From: Lama glama
Taxonomy: Eukaryota
Reading direction: 5' to 3'
Length of the DNA stretch: 64,000 nt
NCBI GenBank assembly: GCA_028534125.1
Contig: CM052817.1
Span: 21,454,001 to 21,518,000, forward strand
The position numbers were made by a program, and so were the translations under genes. The notes beneath the pieces are model-generated. The model was not told the DNA's origin. It did not search any database and saw only the letters and a list, made by a program, of their open reading frames with translations. Below, piece after piece: positions 12,901-25,185 of this stretch (the first letter of the stretch is position 1; each line of letters begins with the position of its first letter).

Positions 12901-15900
12901 TAAGATATATGCATAGCACTTAAATTTACTGTTCAGAAAGAAGAAATCAAAGTAAGTTCATTATGGAGAAAGATTCAGATATACTTCAAAATCCAACTAT
13001 TTAAATATTGTTTAAAGAGATCATTTCAAAAGTTTGGGAGACTTGTTTTTAACTAAACTTTTCATATAAATTTCAAATTGTCTTTGATGTTGTTGAAGTG
13101 CTAATTATGAAGATATTTAGTTTGTGTAGAGTAGTAGTGAAGGGGTACATATTAAAGCAAGTTCGGGCCAAATTATGAAAAACCTGAATGCCTGGGGAAT
13201 CTTTATTTTAGACTAAATTCAGTGAGTTTCAGTTGGAGTATCTGATCATGATTATGGCATAATCAAAGTGAAATTTAAAATTTAATGACTAATCTCTCAG
13301 AGGCAATGGTTAGAAAACTGGAGAACTAAAAACAAAAACAAGAACACTCTAATTGGAATCCTATAAGCCTGCGGTTGGAGTCTGGTCTGTTAATGGTCTA
13401 TTTGGTCAAATTACTTGCACTACCTTTTGTACTGAGGTTATCTTTCTAGCTATATTACAATGTTAGCATCAAACTGAACATTGTATCACAGCACATATTG
13501 TAGAGTTTGTGCTTTTGTATACACACCATATATAGTTGTATGGAGGTAAAGAATATATAGATGGGGATTTAAAAGATGAGTTTGTTACAGGGACCATATC
13601 AATAGAACCATGACGGTTGACTAGATAAGGTGGGAAGGAGCAAAGGAAGGTGGAAAGAACATTAGCAAATTTATTCCCAGATGTGAAATAAGAATCTACA
13701 GTTAATACAGTTGCTTACTCATCCCTGACTACTAAATGTAATACAATCTCAGTTCAAAATCATATAACAAGATAAATCAGGTTGTCATTTTTGTCAGTAC
13801 ACTGAGGAAATTACTATGGTCTGGCCATAATTAGAGATTTTCAGAAAATAACTTCTTAGAAGGAAAAAAAAAAAAAACAAAACGGTTTTGACTGCCCTGT
13901 TAAGATTGCAGAGTGATTTGAGGGTCATGTTGGATCCTGTAGCTCACTTGACCTGCTTATTGATTTTCAATTCAAGTTGGCCTCTTCATGCAGATTTCCC
14001 TGATTCACCTGTAGTTTTTTCTCCAATAATGTTGGTTTCATTGAAAAAAAAATACAACTTCATTTTTTTTAAGGAAATTATGAAGACCTCTCTTAAACCT
14101 TAAGGACTAATTTTAATTGTGAAGAAAGAAGGTACTTAAATTGGAAAAGTGGCAATGGTACAACAACAACAAAAGAAGAAATGCTGAACAACTCACTGAA
14201 GGGAAAAGTCTCTAGTTTCACTTGGTAGCTAAGGATACTTCTCATTCCAAAGCTATGAAAAAGCTTGACAGTGAAGAAGGATTTGGGAAGTGGGACAGGA
14301 TGGGGAACAGAAGGTGGAGGAGGGTTCAGAAAGGAAGGGCTTAAACTGAAAATGCTTTATGATTCCATTGCTACTTTTCCAGCACTATTTTAGTGGATCC
14401 ACAAGGTAAGCAAAAGGTGGGCGATCTAATCTTAGAATAGGTTAGTATAAAATCATAGAATTGTGGCAAATAATTGCAAAGGTTACACTTAATCTTTAAT
14501 TTCAGAAAGGATATAATTATCATAAGCTGTGAATTTAGAATCTCTTATTAATATAAGACTATCATAAAAAGAAAACAGATCTTAAAGTGTATATATATAC
14601 ATATGCATGTATATAGACATATATTAATATAATTTGTATCTATGTATGTGTCATATGTATACAAAATAGAGCAAATTATAATCTTAAAGTGCTGAATCTG
14701 TAAACATATAATACTGTTTATTTTTTAAACTTTCCAAGAACTTAAATTAACAATTATTAATATTTATGTTTATCAATACTTTAAGACTATAATTTGTTCT
14801 GATAAAATACACTTATATAGTTTAACAGTTAATATTTGTCTGACTATGATATGCAGGGATAGGGCAATATATTTTGTTACACAAATGGTAAAGCAATAAT
14901 ACAGTCTCATTAAAGACAGAAAAAATCTATTTCTGGAAAATACGAAAGAAGAAATTTTGGGACACATGCTGCATCTAACACAAAAAAGCAGCAATCTCAT
15001 TGGATAATCAAAATTATTCTGTTATCTAATTAAATATGCAAAATCTATTTTATAGGAATTATGTAGCTCCCCTTTCTGTTTTGAATGAATGAACAAGTTA
15101 TATAATTGCTTGGTGGTTTGTTTCACTTTGCTTGTACAGGCAAAAGATATATGCAAATACGAAGCCACTATGTAAAACAGCAAAGTGAATTGTATCCCTG
15201 ATTAAATATTTCATATGTATTTAGTAACAGAATATTATCATGAGCATTAACTCAGGGACAAAATACGTATTTTGTCACATAGGAAATAAAAGGATAATAA
15301 CACTTAACAGTGAAAATTTTCTAGTTTTGTCATTGTGGAGGATTCTCCATTGGAGGAAAAAATAATATGTGTATTTGGCACAGTTGTATTAGCCGGAAAT
15401 CAGAGATAAATGGTGTAGTTTCTAAATGGCACTGACATTTGAGCAATCAACATACGATATTTTGGAGATGAAACAAGTAGTAATTATATCAGAAGTGATA
15501 GCAATTTTTGCCTTCATAGAATCTTACTTAATGGCAGCAACAACACACTTTAAGTTACCTGTGGTGATCATGGGGAAATACGCACACTATCCCAGCTCCT
15601 GGGTTCATGAACCGACAAGCAGAAAACGTCTTCAGTATACTCTACCTTCTCAAAACATTTACCCAAGCTAGCATTTTTCAACACATAGTTCTTTATAACA
15701 CGCCACAGAAAGAAGGAATAAACAGTTCATAAGAATTTGAGAGTTATTCATGCTCCACCTTCCTTTTGGAAATCTAAGCGCGCACACAACATACCTATCC
15801 GTAGTATGTTATTTATAGTGTTATAACTATGTATTTATAATTTTGTATAGTAATAATTTAGTTACAGTTATGATTACATGTATGACGTATAGTAAATACA

Positions 15901-18900
15901 GTTCCTCTGTTTTGTTGTATCACAAATTCTCAAACTTCCTTTGCTGACATATTCTCTTTCTGCCACCCCAAAAGTGCACTGAGAACTGGTAAACGTTTAA
16001 GTAAACATTAATGACAGCTGGTGAGTCCCTCAAAATTGATGAAAACATTTTATTGTAGGCCTAAATCAACCCAAACTGCCCTGCTTGGGGGAAAATCATA
16101 CTGAGAGACTAAGATGGTGTCAGGAGCACATTAGGGAAATTTAGGACACTGGAGTAGCTTAGAAGGTCACATCCTGTTCCTTGGAACCTAGGAGCCTGTA
16201 CCTAGAGGCTGCTCAATAAATTTAATTAAATCTACTAAAGTAATTTAAAGTAATACATGAATGAATCTCCTGAACTTAAGAGATTCTGGGCAGAACTTAT
16301 CTTAAAGAATATAACCTTCACCAAAGATTTTATTGACCCCTAAGCATGTGTCCTAAATAGATGAGTTTGATTAAGATCACAGACTGTAAAAAATCTTAGT
16401 AGAAAGATTTACTTCATACTAGCATAACTTATAGCTATATTATATTTCTAACTCTACAAATTATACACTGTATTTATGTAGAGTCCATTCTCCAAAATGA
16501 TTATTTGTATCATTCATGAAACTGAAACAATACAGTTTGCCTGGCATTAAGAGTGACAGTGAGAAGGTACACATTATTTGGCCCCAAGTTAACTATTAGA
16601 ATGTCATCCCCTGATGACAACTTTATTTCACTTTGTCAATAGTTGTATTGCTACTTACACTGTTTTGGAAAATAAGCCTGTTTTAGGCCTCTCCAAGTGA
16701 ATAATTTCCTCAACAATTGCAGAATCTCAAGATTTGATTATATAAGAATCCTTGAATATAAGCCTAAATATTTATCTATGTCTATATGTTTTAGGAGAAA
16801 ATAATTCTTTTCTTTGAATATTAATGAACATTAATTTCCCTTCAAAAACAGAAGATAACTTAGATTTAAGTTTCCATTTCATAAAGACATGTTATACATG
16901 GTACTCTTATTTATAAGAGGTTTCTCCTACAGTTTAGCGTATACTCTTCTCCTGGCTAAACTGAATAGATGTTGATGAATAAAGAATCCAAAGATGTTGG
17001 CTTCAGGGCATCTGAGATCAATCTCATTACACAATATTGTTAAGAAAGCTGTTAGTTTTATACAGGGCAACTATTATATGTGACATACAGTAGGCAAAAG
17101 GTTAAATACATATTGTAAATTTTTCAAAAATAAAATTGTTCCAAATTAAAGTGAATTCATGAGAGAATATGTGCTGTCATGAATTCAAAAAAAAAAAAGA
17201 CAATTTTATAGGCAATTTGAGCCTCAGTTTAATTCATGTCACCATATTGAACTTCCAAGATAGAATAAGTGGTATTTTCAGCAAACTTAAAGTAAAGCAT
17301 TAACTCTCTCACAGCATTCTTGCTGGAGATTTACTTCCACTTTCTTCCACTGTGTGTATAGTTCGCAAAGATATGAAATTATCACAGCTCTTATCACAGC
17401 TTCATTACAGTAGGATATAGTAATTTAAGAAAATCAGAAGCAATTTTAAAGCAGCTTTAAAAACATTGTTTTTGTAAAAATCTGTGTCTTCACTAAGTTA
17501 TCAGGTTGTGACATGTGAAATTATCTGGGTGAATTATTTCTCGGAGATCAAGAAAAGATTCTCACTGAAATTATGCAGATGCCTATTTCTTTGGACCAGA
17601 TCAAGCAGAAATCAGTGGGACTTTGATTTTAATTTTATTGACAGAGTTTGAACATGCAGCTTCATCTCCTTAAAAATAGAATGTATTCTGAACACCCAAA
17701 ATATAATTATTACCTGAAGTATATTATACTGACACATAATATAGTAATACATGTATAGTGGATAATATATATGTAAATATAATGAACTATTATACATTAA
17801 ATATCATTTTAGGAGCATATAGTATGTTAAAGGTACCTTAATTGTGGAGTTGATGGTTTTAGATAAAACGATGGCATTTACACTTTAAAAAAAAATCTTG
17901 TTGAAGATAGGTATTTTGTCTCTATGTATCTCTTAGGTTGCATCACACCTGTTTTTAGCACCTGGCATCAGTTTCTTTGTAAAATATAACTACCTATCAT
18001 TTTTAAACAAGCAAAAAGAAATGATTAAGGATGACGAAACTGCATACTGTACCTAGATTCATCATAAAATTATAGGTATGTCAATACAAACTTGGTGTTG
18101 TGAGCTGAAAGGTTTAAATGCCATAGCTGTTTTCTTGATGTTAAAACAGAGTAACTATCCAGGTGTGGTGATATTTTCAGTTAATGTTTCTGCAGAGAAA
18201 ATTTAAGGCTTATCAAATTATGACAAAGTTTTAATCATATGTTAGGTCACAAAGAACTAATCTAAATCTTTCCTCAAGGAAGTTTGCTGAAGTCAGTTTG
18301 AATGTGAACTAATATGCAAAAGTGAGCTTGTCTATCTAGGTCATTTATCTATCACCATTTTTTCTTCAGTTCACCAAGCTCCTCTCTATCCTCACTGATA
18401 GTTGACAGATGTGTGGCTTATATGCAAATATAATGTGCAAGATAATTCATTTAATCAAACCAATTAGCCACTTCTTTCATGAGACACATGTTGATTTCCA
18501 ATCTAAACTTACAGCTTTTTGTGTTCTCACTGAATTGCATAGTGAAAATGCAAAATTTTTTTCTGGTTGGTTGTTTCCAATGGAATTCATCATAGAAATA
18601 GAGAGTTTAAAAAGCACTCGATTCATCTGAGATTCAATTTGATCTTAAAATATTGATTTAAAGGATACATTTCGAATATTGGTTTTATGTTGGATGGCTA
18701 GAAAATAGCAGACAGGTAAACTGGACCCAGTCCTGTGAAAGCTCTCTGTGGACAGGAACTGTCACATTATCAAGTAGCAGATATTTAAATAATTTGTGCT
18801 GAATCGAAGAACTAGTTAAATTGAAATTTAATGCAATTTTAAAAGATGTCTATGTAGTGACAAAGATCCTGATTATAGAGGAATATTGTACAACTCAATC

Positions 18901-19347
18901 TATCAGAAATTCTTATTACTTGGTATACATGTTTCTGGAAATAGCTGTTTATTTTACTGAATTTTTCAGTTGGGATTTAAATGTTTAATATCATGCGGCT
19001 TTACTGGCATAAAAGAGTAATTAGGCAGTACAGTTTTACATAACATGAGGCTCTGGAATTAAAAAGAAAAGATAAAAATCAATGATCATTTCTGTTGGGG
19101 TGATTTGGTAATGACTGGAAATTTTAGTTATATCTTCCACTCCAGAGAGTATCATTGGGAGCTGTAATAATTTCCTAAAAGCAAAATATTATGAGCGGGG
19201 TGTTCAACTCGGATTCTAATTCTAGTCAGAGGTCTACCATCAACAACATGCCAGAGACGGGTAAGTGAGTAGACTTTTCTTTGCCTCTTTCATCATTTTT
19301 ACTCGAACTTTGTGTTGTATGAATTCTCAAATAATATAATGGACGTC

Positions 19348-19530
19348 AGTGTTTCCAAAAGTTTTATTACATTAATGTAAGTCCTGAGAGATGCTCTACA
19401 AAAAATGTGTTTGTCCTTAATGAATTTAGGAGACCCTTGTGCTATGCCACTTGAAGATTTTCATATACATTAGCATATTAAGGGCTCACTGAAGTCATTC
19501 AATACATTGTTGAAATCCACTTGGTAAGTT
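19348..19530 (+). mobile_element. MER103-like hAT-Charlie fragment
   Basis: cagtgtttccaaaag...gagatgctctac...acattagcatattaagggctcactgaagtc matches recalled MER103C. Confidence 0.6.
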
Positions 19531-19872
19531 CTGATGTAGGTAAAATACACAAAGCTTTTGGTCAATATTAACTTATGATATTCATTAAGAAATCATTAGT
19601 ATTCTAATCTTTTAAAGTAGATGTCCCATAAAGAGCTACCAATTTCAAATTAGACAGTAAAGTACCACCTTGAGGCTATGTCTTAGATAAAGCCTCCAAT
19701 GGGGAGTAACACTTGACTTATCTGAATTGCACCTGAACAGCTCGGAGACTTCCCATAGTTAAGCAACTGTAACAGCTTGCAGACCTCCTGCATAAAATAA
19801 AATAAAATATCCAGAGTGCTGTAAAAAACTGAAATGCTGTTAAGTCTGTGAACTTCTTCCTATTTCTGTTTT

Positions 19873-20010
19873 ATTTATACTGTTTATAAAAGTAAATTAC
19901 TTGTTTGAAGTACTACTCTTGAAGCTGCCTGGATCTCTATGGGGAAGTACTCCTGTGAATCCTCTTTTATTGGTAGTGGTTGATCTTTGGCTCCTGGATG
20001 AGATCTGCAA
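19873..20010. repeat. Diverged direct repeat copy A (~135 bp)
   Basis: Aligns by eye to 21200-21331. Confidence 0.85.
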
Positions 20011-20736
20011 GGTTAAAAGCTTTGCTTTCTAAGGGGAGAGTCAATCTGATTTGAGAATAGAGAGAGACCTTCTAGTTGGAATCAAACCTGATGGAAATTA
20101 CCTCTTTTAAAGCTGACTCCAAATAATATACCCAGGGCAGTTGAATTTCTGTAAATGGCTGGAAAATGTTGCCCTTTATGTTTCAGCTCCAAAGAACAAT
20201 TACGAAGATAACATCTAACAGGAGTTTGGAACCATTCTGCCATTAAGAAGAAAGTTTACTTCTTTTCTTTCTCCCCACTGCCTCCCCCAACCCCCTCCCT
20301 TTCAGTTTTGGTTAAGAAATAAAAATGCTGTTTATTCTGTTAAGTTTTATTAATTCAGGAAAGTAATTAATTTAAAATTTAGGAATAATTTTGCTGTATC
20401 CGTTTCTCTTACATGTGAATAGATAACATATTTTCTAATTATCATTTTAGTTGGGTCATCAGAAACAAAAATGACATATTTTCTCCTAGTTAACGTAACT
20501 GATATTTATGCCTTTAGTAATTCTGAAACAGTAACAACAGTAGTTTTTAGCCTTGCTGGAAGATCCTTTTGAGAACTGGATATAAGCTATGATTATTTCT
20601 TCCAGGGGGAAAAGGTACACTTGAAATCCAATCTGATGAGTTACCAAGCCCTCAGATAAAGAAATGAGGATTGGGAGGGTGGAGAGAGGGAGCAGCACTA
20701 ACTTAATTCACTATAATCTCTCTTTTTCTGATAGAA

Positions 20737-20818
20737 GATGGATAGAAAGATAGACAGATAGATAGATAGATAGAGACAGACACACAGACAAACACACAGA
20801 CACACAGATAGATAGATA
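20737..20818. repeat. Compound (GATA)n/(GACA,CA)n microsatellite
   Basis: Direct reading. Confidence 0.9.
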
Positions 20819-21199
20819 ATCCATGCACACATACATACATGCCCTCCACATTCACAACTTTTTCCTAATTAACATTTACTATGCTAATTATAAACACAGC
20901 AGTAAGATGTCCCAGGCCACCTGAGTGATCAAGTTTAAATAACAGAATTCAACACCTTCAGCCAATCATCAGTGTAAGTGGGTCTTGTGAAATTAATAAT
21001 TCTAATGGCAAAATTCTCTTCCATCTGACCAAATTTCTTAAATGTTTTTACTTATGTGTGTATATCATGTATGCATATCCTGTTTTATTCCACAAAGATT
21101 CAATGCTATTAGAGAAAAAAAATACATCTTGAAAATTTTTAAATGCACAAATTCCCACATATTTCAAGAAAAAAATATTTACCAGTTATATCTTTGCAA

Positions 21200-21331
21200 A
21201 TTTGTACTGTGTATAATGGGAAATTATTTGTTGAAGTACTACCTCTACAAGCAGCCTGATTCTCTCTGGGAAGTACTCTTGTTAGTTCTCTTTTATTGAA
21301 AGTAGTTAAACTTTAGCTGGAAGGATCTCAA
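21200..21331. repeat. Diverged direct repeat copy B (~135 bp)
   Basis: Aligns by eye to 19873-20010. Confidence 0.85.
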
Positions 21332-22759
21332 TTAGAGGTGATCTTAGAAATAGAGGCAAGTGTAAGGCACACTGGGAACAAGAAGGAAGGGACAGTGTTA
21401 TAGATTCTTATCAGCCAGATGTTTTGCATAGCTAAGCATCACCCTCAAATGTTATCTGTGTGAGTAACACACATACATGGGTTAGGCCACCTTACACTCT
21501 CCCTGCTTCTGTGTTTACAGGCTTTTTCTTATTCCTTGCCTTCTTTTTCCAACTCTGAATTTCCACCTAATCAAATTCTAATTTTTACTGATCTCAGCTC
21601 AGTTTGGAACACTCAGTGAAGACTTTCCCTACCAACTCAAAACTCAGCTCATATTTTTCAACTTCTTTTCTATATTGTCAAATAACAGTTTGAAAATGTA
21701 TTTCTTTACACCTAAGGACATGTTTTAACATATTTTAAAATATAGTTTCTGAGTGTAAACCTTGTTTATTCAATGGTACTCTAATAATTAATAGAGATTA
21801 TGAGCAACATTTGCTTTATAACAGTAACTTTGGAAGAAAGTAAGGGGTTCCAGTCGGATCCTAGGACTCAGCTACTGCTACCAACTATGAAAACCTATGA
21901 AATCAAATTCTTATTTCTAGTATCTGTAGTGAGGATCCAATTGGGAAAAAAATAAATGAACTAATTTTTCATTTAAACAATAAATTTCTATTTAAATTTT
22001 TATATTCAATGTAAACTCAAGTACCAATTGTATGTCCCAATACAAAGTCTTGACTGGAATTTGACCTATGCTCTAGAGGTATATTCTTCACAAATTGTTT
22101 TGTCTTTAATGTTATTGAAAGGTATATCAAAATACCTTACTTTTTAAAAAAACATACAGATATTTTTGAGAAATGCAAAATGTGAATTCAACGTATTATA
22201 AAGCAAAAATGAAAGGAATAATAAGTTAGGTGTAGGTATCTATAAAAATCATTCTTTAGAGAAAAGCTCAAATACTAGAACTTACTTGAAGAAAAAATAA
22301 TGGATGATGTATTGAAAAGGAGGTGTAGAATACAGAGTTTCAGAGATCTATTCAAATAACTTTGGTGAAACATTCATCTTTAAATAATGATTTGGAGAAA
22401 TCTTCTGTGATAAATGACTTGTCTGGCCTCCTATACATGATTGGTATAAAGATTCCTATTGTTTACAAACTCAATGTCTCAGGTAAAACATATAAACTTT
22501 ATCACAACCTCCAAAAATTAAAAATAAGTAAAAATATTTCTCAGAATAAGTACAAGCATGTATTTCTTATTAAGGTGAGTAACAGTCAGCTCTTTCAGAG
22601 GTGGCAGAGATGGTGCATAATAACCTTCTACCAGAGCTACCGTATTTCTAGAAATCATCTCCTTTCAACTCCCCCCCCCATGGTGCCAAAGAGTTATGTT
22701 TGTTCAATTAAAGTTATTTCCTAAACAAATCTGACCATATTTACCTGCTTCACCCACGT

Positions 22760-23530
22760 CCTGACCACTATCCACAGATACTTTAAGAGTGTTCTCACCA
22801 CAATTTCACTTTCTTTCTGACTCCATTCCCTCTCACCTTCTCCAGAACCTCCTCCTTCAAATATACCTTTTCTCTTACCTTTCCCAGAGCCACTTTCCAT
22901 TTTTTATTTATTTCTTTCAATCTAAATACATGCTTGTTTCACCTGTTAAAAAGAAAGAAAATAAAATCTACTCTTGATTGTCCTTCAGCAGTAGCTACTA
23001 TATCTTTTTTTTTCTTTCTCTTCAGTATTAGACTTCTTGAAATAGCAGTATTTATACTATACAGGGTTTTCTCCTTCCTTCCTTCCTTTCTCTCCCTTTC
23101 TTTCTTCCTTTCTCTCCCTTCCTTTCTTTCTTTCCTTTCTTTTTCTTTCTTTCCTTTCTTTCTTTCTCCCTTTCTTTCTTTCTCCCTTTCTTTCTTTCTC
23201 CCTTTCTTTCTTTCTTTCTTTCTTTTTCTTTCTTTCTTTCTTTCTTTCTTTCATGTATTCATTACCCCTGTGAAATATGGCTTACACTTCTCATTATACT
23301 TAGCTATAAAATATTGAGAATCACATCATAATTGCAAATTTAATACACACTCTCATCTGACATTACCTTTTAAACAATTAATCAATTAGGCCAGTCTCTT
23401 AGTCTTAAAACTCTTTTGACTTGAGCATCATAGGTCTTCCACTCCTTCAATTTTCTGCTACTTTGCAGTCCCTAATATTACTATTCCCAAATACTCTCAT
23501 TTTAATTCTGTCGTCTTATCCCTAAGTGGC
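22760..23530 (+). mobile_element. L2 ORF2-region relic (hosting a microsatellite)
   Basis: tccattccctctcaccttctccagaac...agacttcttgaaatagcagt resemble L2; boundaries approximate. Confidence 0.5.
23067..23252. repeat. 186-bp pure polypyrimidine (CTTT/CCTT)n microsatellite
   Basis: No purine on + strand over the interval. Confidence 0.95.
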
Positions 23531-23597
23531 TATGTATTCTTTATTGATCTGTGTTAGTTTAATCATACAATTTATCTATTAAGTTCTTTTTTTATCT

Positions 23598-23799
23598 ATT
23601 TTCTAAGTGAAGGATAGTTTATTTATAATACATTAGTTTCAGGTATACAACATAGTGTTTCAATATTTTTATACAATGGTCTCTCTGTTCTATTTTTTGG
23701 CCAGGATCATACTGTTTTGATTACCATAGCTTTGTAGTATAGTTTGAATTCAGGGAGTGTGATACTTCCAGCTTTGTTCTTTCTCAAAATTGCTTTGGC
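23598..23799 (-). mobile_element. L1 fragment: 3' terminus fused to ORF2 segment
   Basis: gaaggatagtttatttataat...gtttcaggtatacaacatagtg (3'UTR end) joined near 23677 to catactgttttgattaccatagctttgtagtatagtttgaa...ccagctttgttctt (ORF2). Confidence 0.8.
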
Positions 23800-24989
23800 A
23801 AATAAGTGTATCTCTCTAGTACTTTCATTTCCATAACCTGGTCCTTTCTACATTCTCATTGGTTATTTTTTTTAAAATGCATTTACTTATTTCAGTCACC
23901 TACAAAAACCTTTGTAACTTAATAGGGTTTAGTTTACTAAACAACTTATCAGAGTGATGAATGTATTATTATATTGGTGTTAGATTTTCCTTGTTTTTTT
24001 CTTCCAGAAATTTTAACAAATACTTCTCTTTAAAGTTAATTAAAAATATAGTATCTTCATGGATATTTTCTTGATTTAATAGGGATAAGAATTGGATTTT
24101 TTTAATTGGTATTTAATATGAATTTAACTGTTTACAGTTGTAAGTTTAAAATATGAGATAGCACAATTGTTGACTATATTGTACATTATATCTGGTTAAA
24201 CCATAAGAGGTTATTTGTTAATGATAATTGCAGAGAAGTTGATAATAATCATGGTAAATCACTGATGAAGTCATGTTCTTGTCTCTATAATAGCATCAGT
24301 TAACTATTCCACATTAAGTAAAAATTAAGTAACATTTAAATTATTTGGCATTTAATAAATGAACTTTCATAATACTTACATATTCTTAATTATTTTCAGA
24401 GAATGTTACTATAATTTTGGTGATGTATAGGAAATAAGATATTTATTTCAAATTAAAATTCTCAATTACATCAGTAGTGGCAAGAATGACTTTCTTTAGA
24501 GCACATTCATTGCCTTTGCCTGAATCTTCACCTGCATATGCCCCATCTTACAGATCTTCATTTTATCCGCTGAAATGTGTAATGAGAAGGTAATTCACCC
24601 TTAATGAAATGCCAGGAAGTGTATACCAGAAAGTATTATGAAGAAAAAAAGTGTCATTTCAAGTGACTAACAGTAGGGAACTTCTAACTCTCAGGTAAAT
24701 CAGAAAATATGCAAATTGCCTCTTTAAATCCTTTTCTTGTAAAATGAATAGTAAATGTCAGTATAACCTTGTACTTGGAGAAAAAATGATACAGGGATAA
24801 AGTGTTCAGTTGTAGGGCAAACTCATTTTGAAACATTTCAGAGTATATCAGCATGGTGGCTTAAAAAAATACCAGGTGATACTTAGCTCTGAATGAATCA
24901 TTGAGTACATTAATAAAAGGGAGACAAAATAATACACAGGCTTAAATGTGATTATATGTTTTTCTTTTTGCAAATAAGAGTTAAATTGT

Positions 24990-25185
24990 TGAGGAGTGGA
25001 AGTAACCTTTGGAGTCAGACAAATATGGTTTGCAACCCTATTTCTACCTTTCATTAGTCATGTTATTATGAGTTAAATATTTCAACTCAGAGACTCAGTT
25101 TAACTAGAAAATATGCATAATAACACCTACCTTTCAGAACTATATGAGAATTAGATGTTATATATGCAAAATATGTGCATGTAGA
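24990..25185 (+). mobile_element. MIR SINE
   Basis: ctttggagtcagacaaatatggtttgcaaccc...ctcagtttaac...ataataacacctacct...tgagaattagatg. Confidence 0.75.

Noticed and set aside
19195..19300. Strong donor-like GG|GTAAGT after a short open stretch
   Set aside because: Context resembles a decayed MIR core; no acceptor or recognisable peptide
20630..20680. Hammerhead-like CTGATGAG (also at 44633-44640)
   Set aside because: No stem II followed by GAAA and no stems I/III
22934..23317. 127-aa (+) and 65-aa (-) ORFs
   Set aside because: Translations of the (CTTT)n microsatellite
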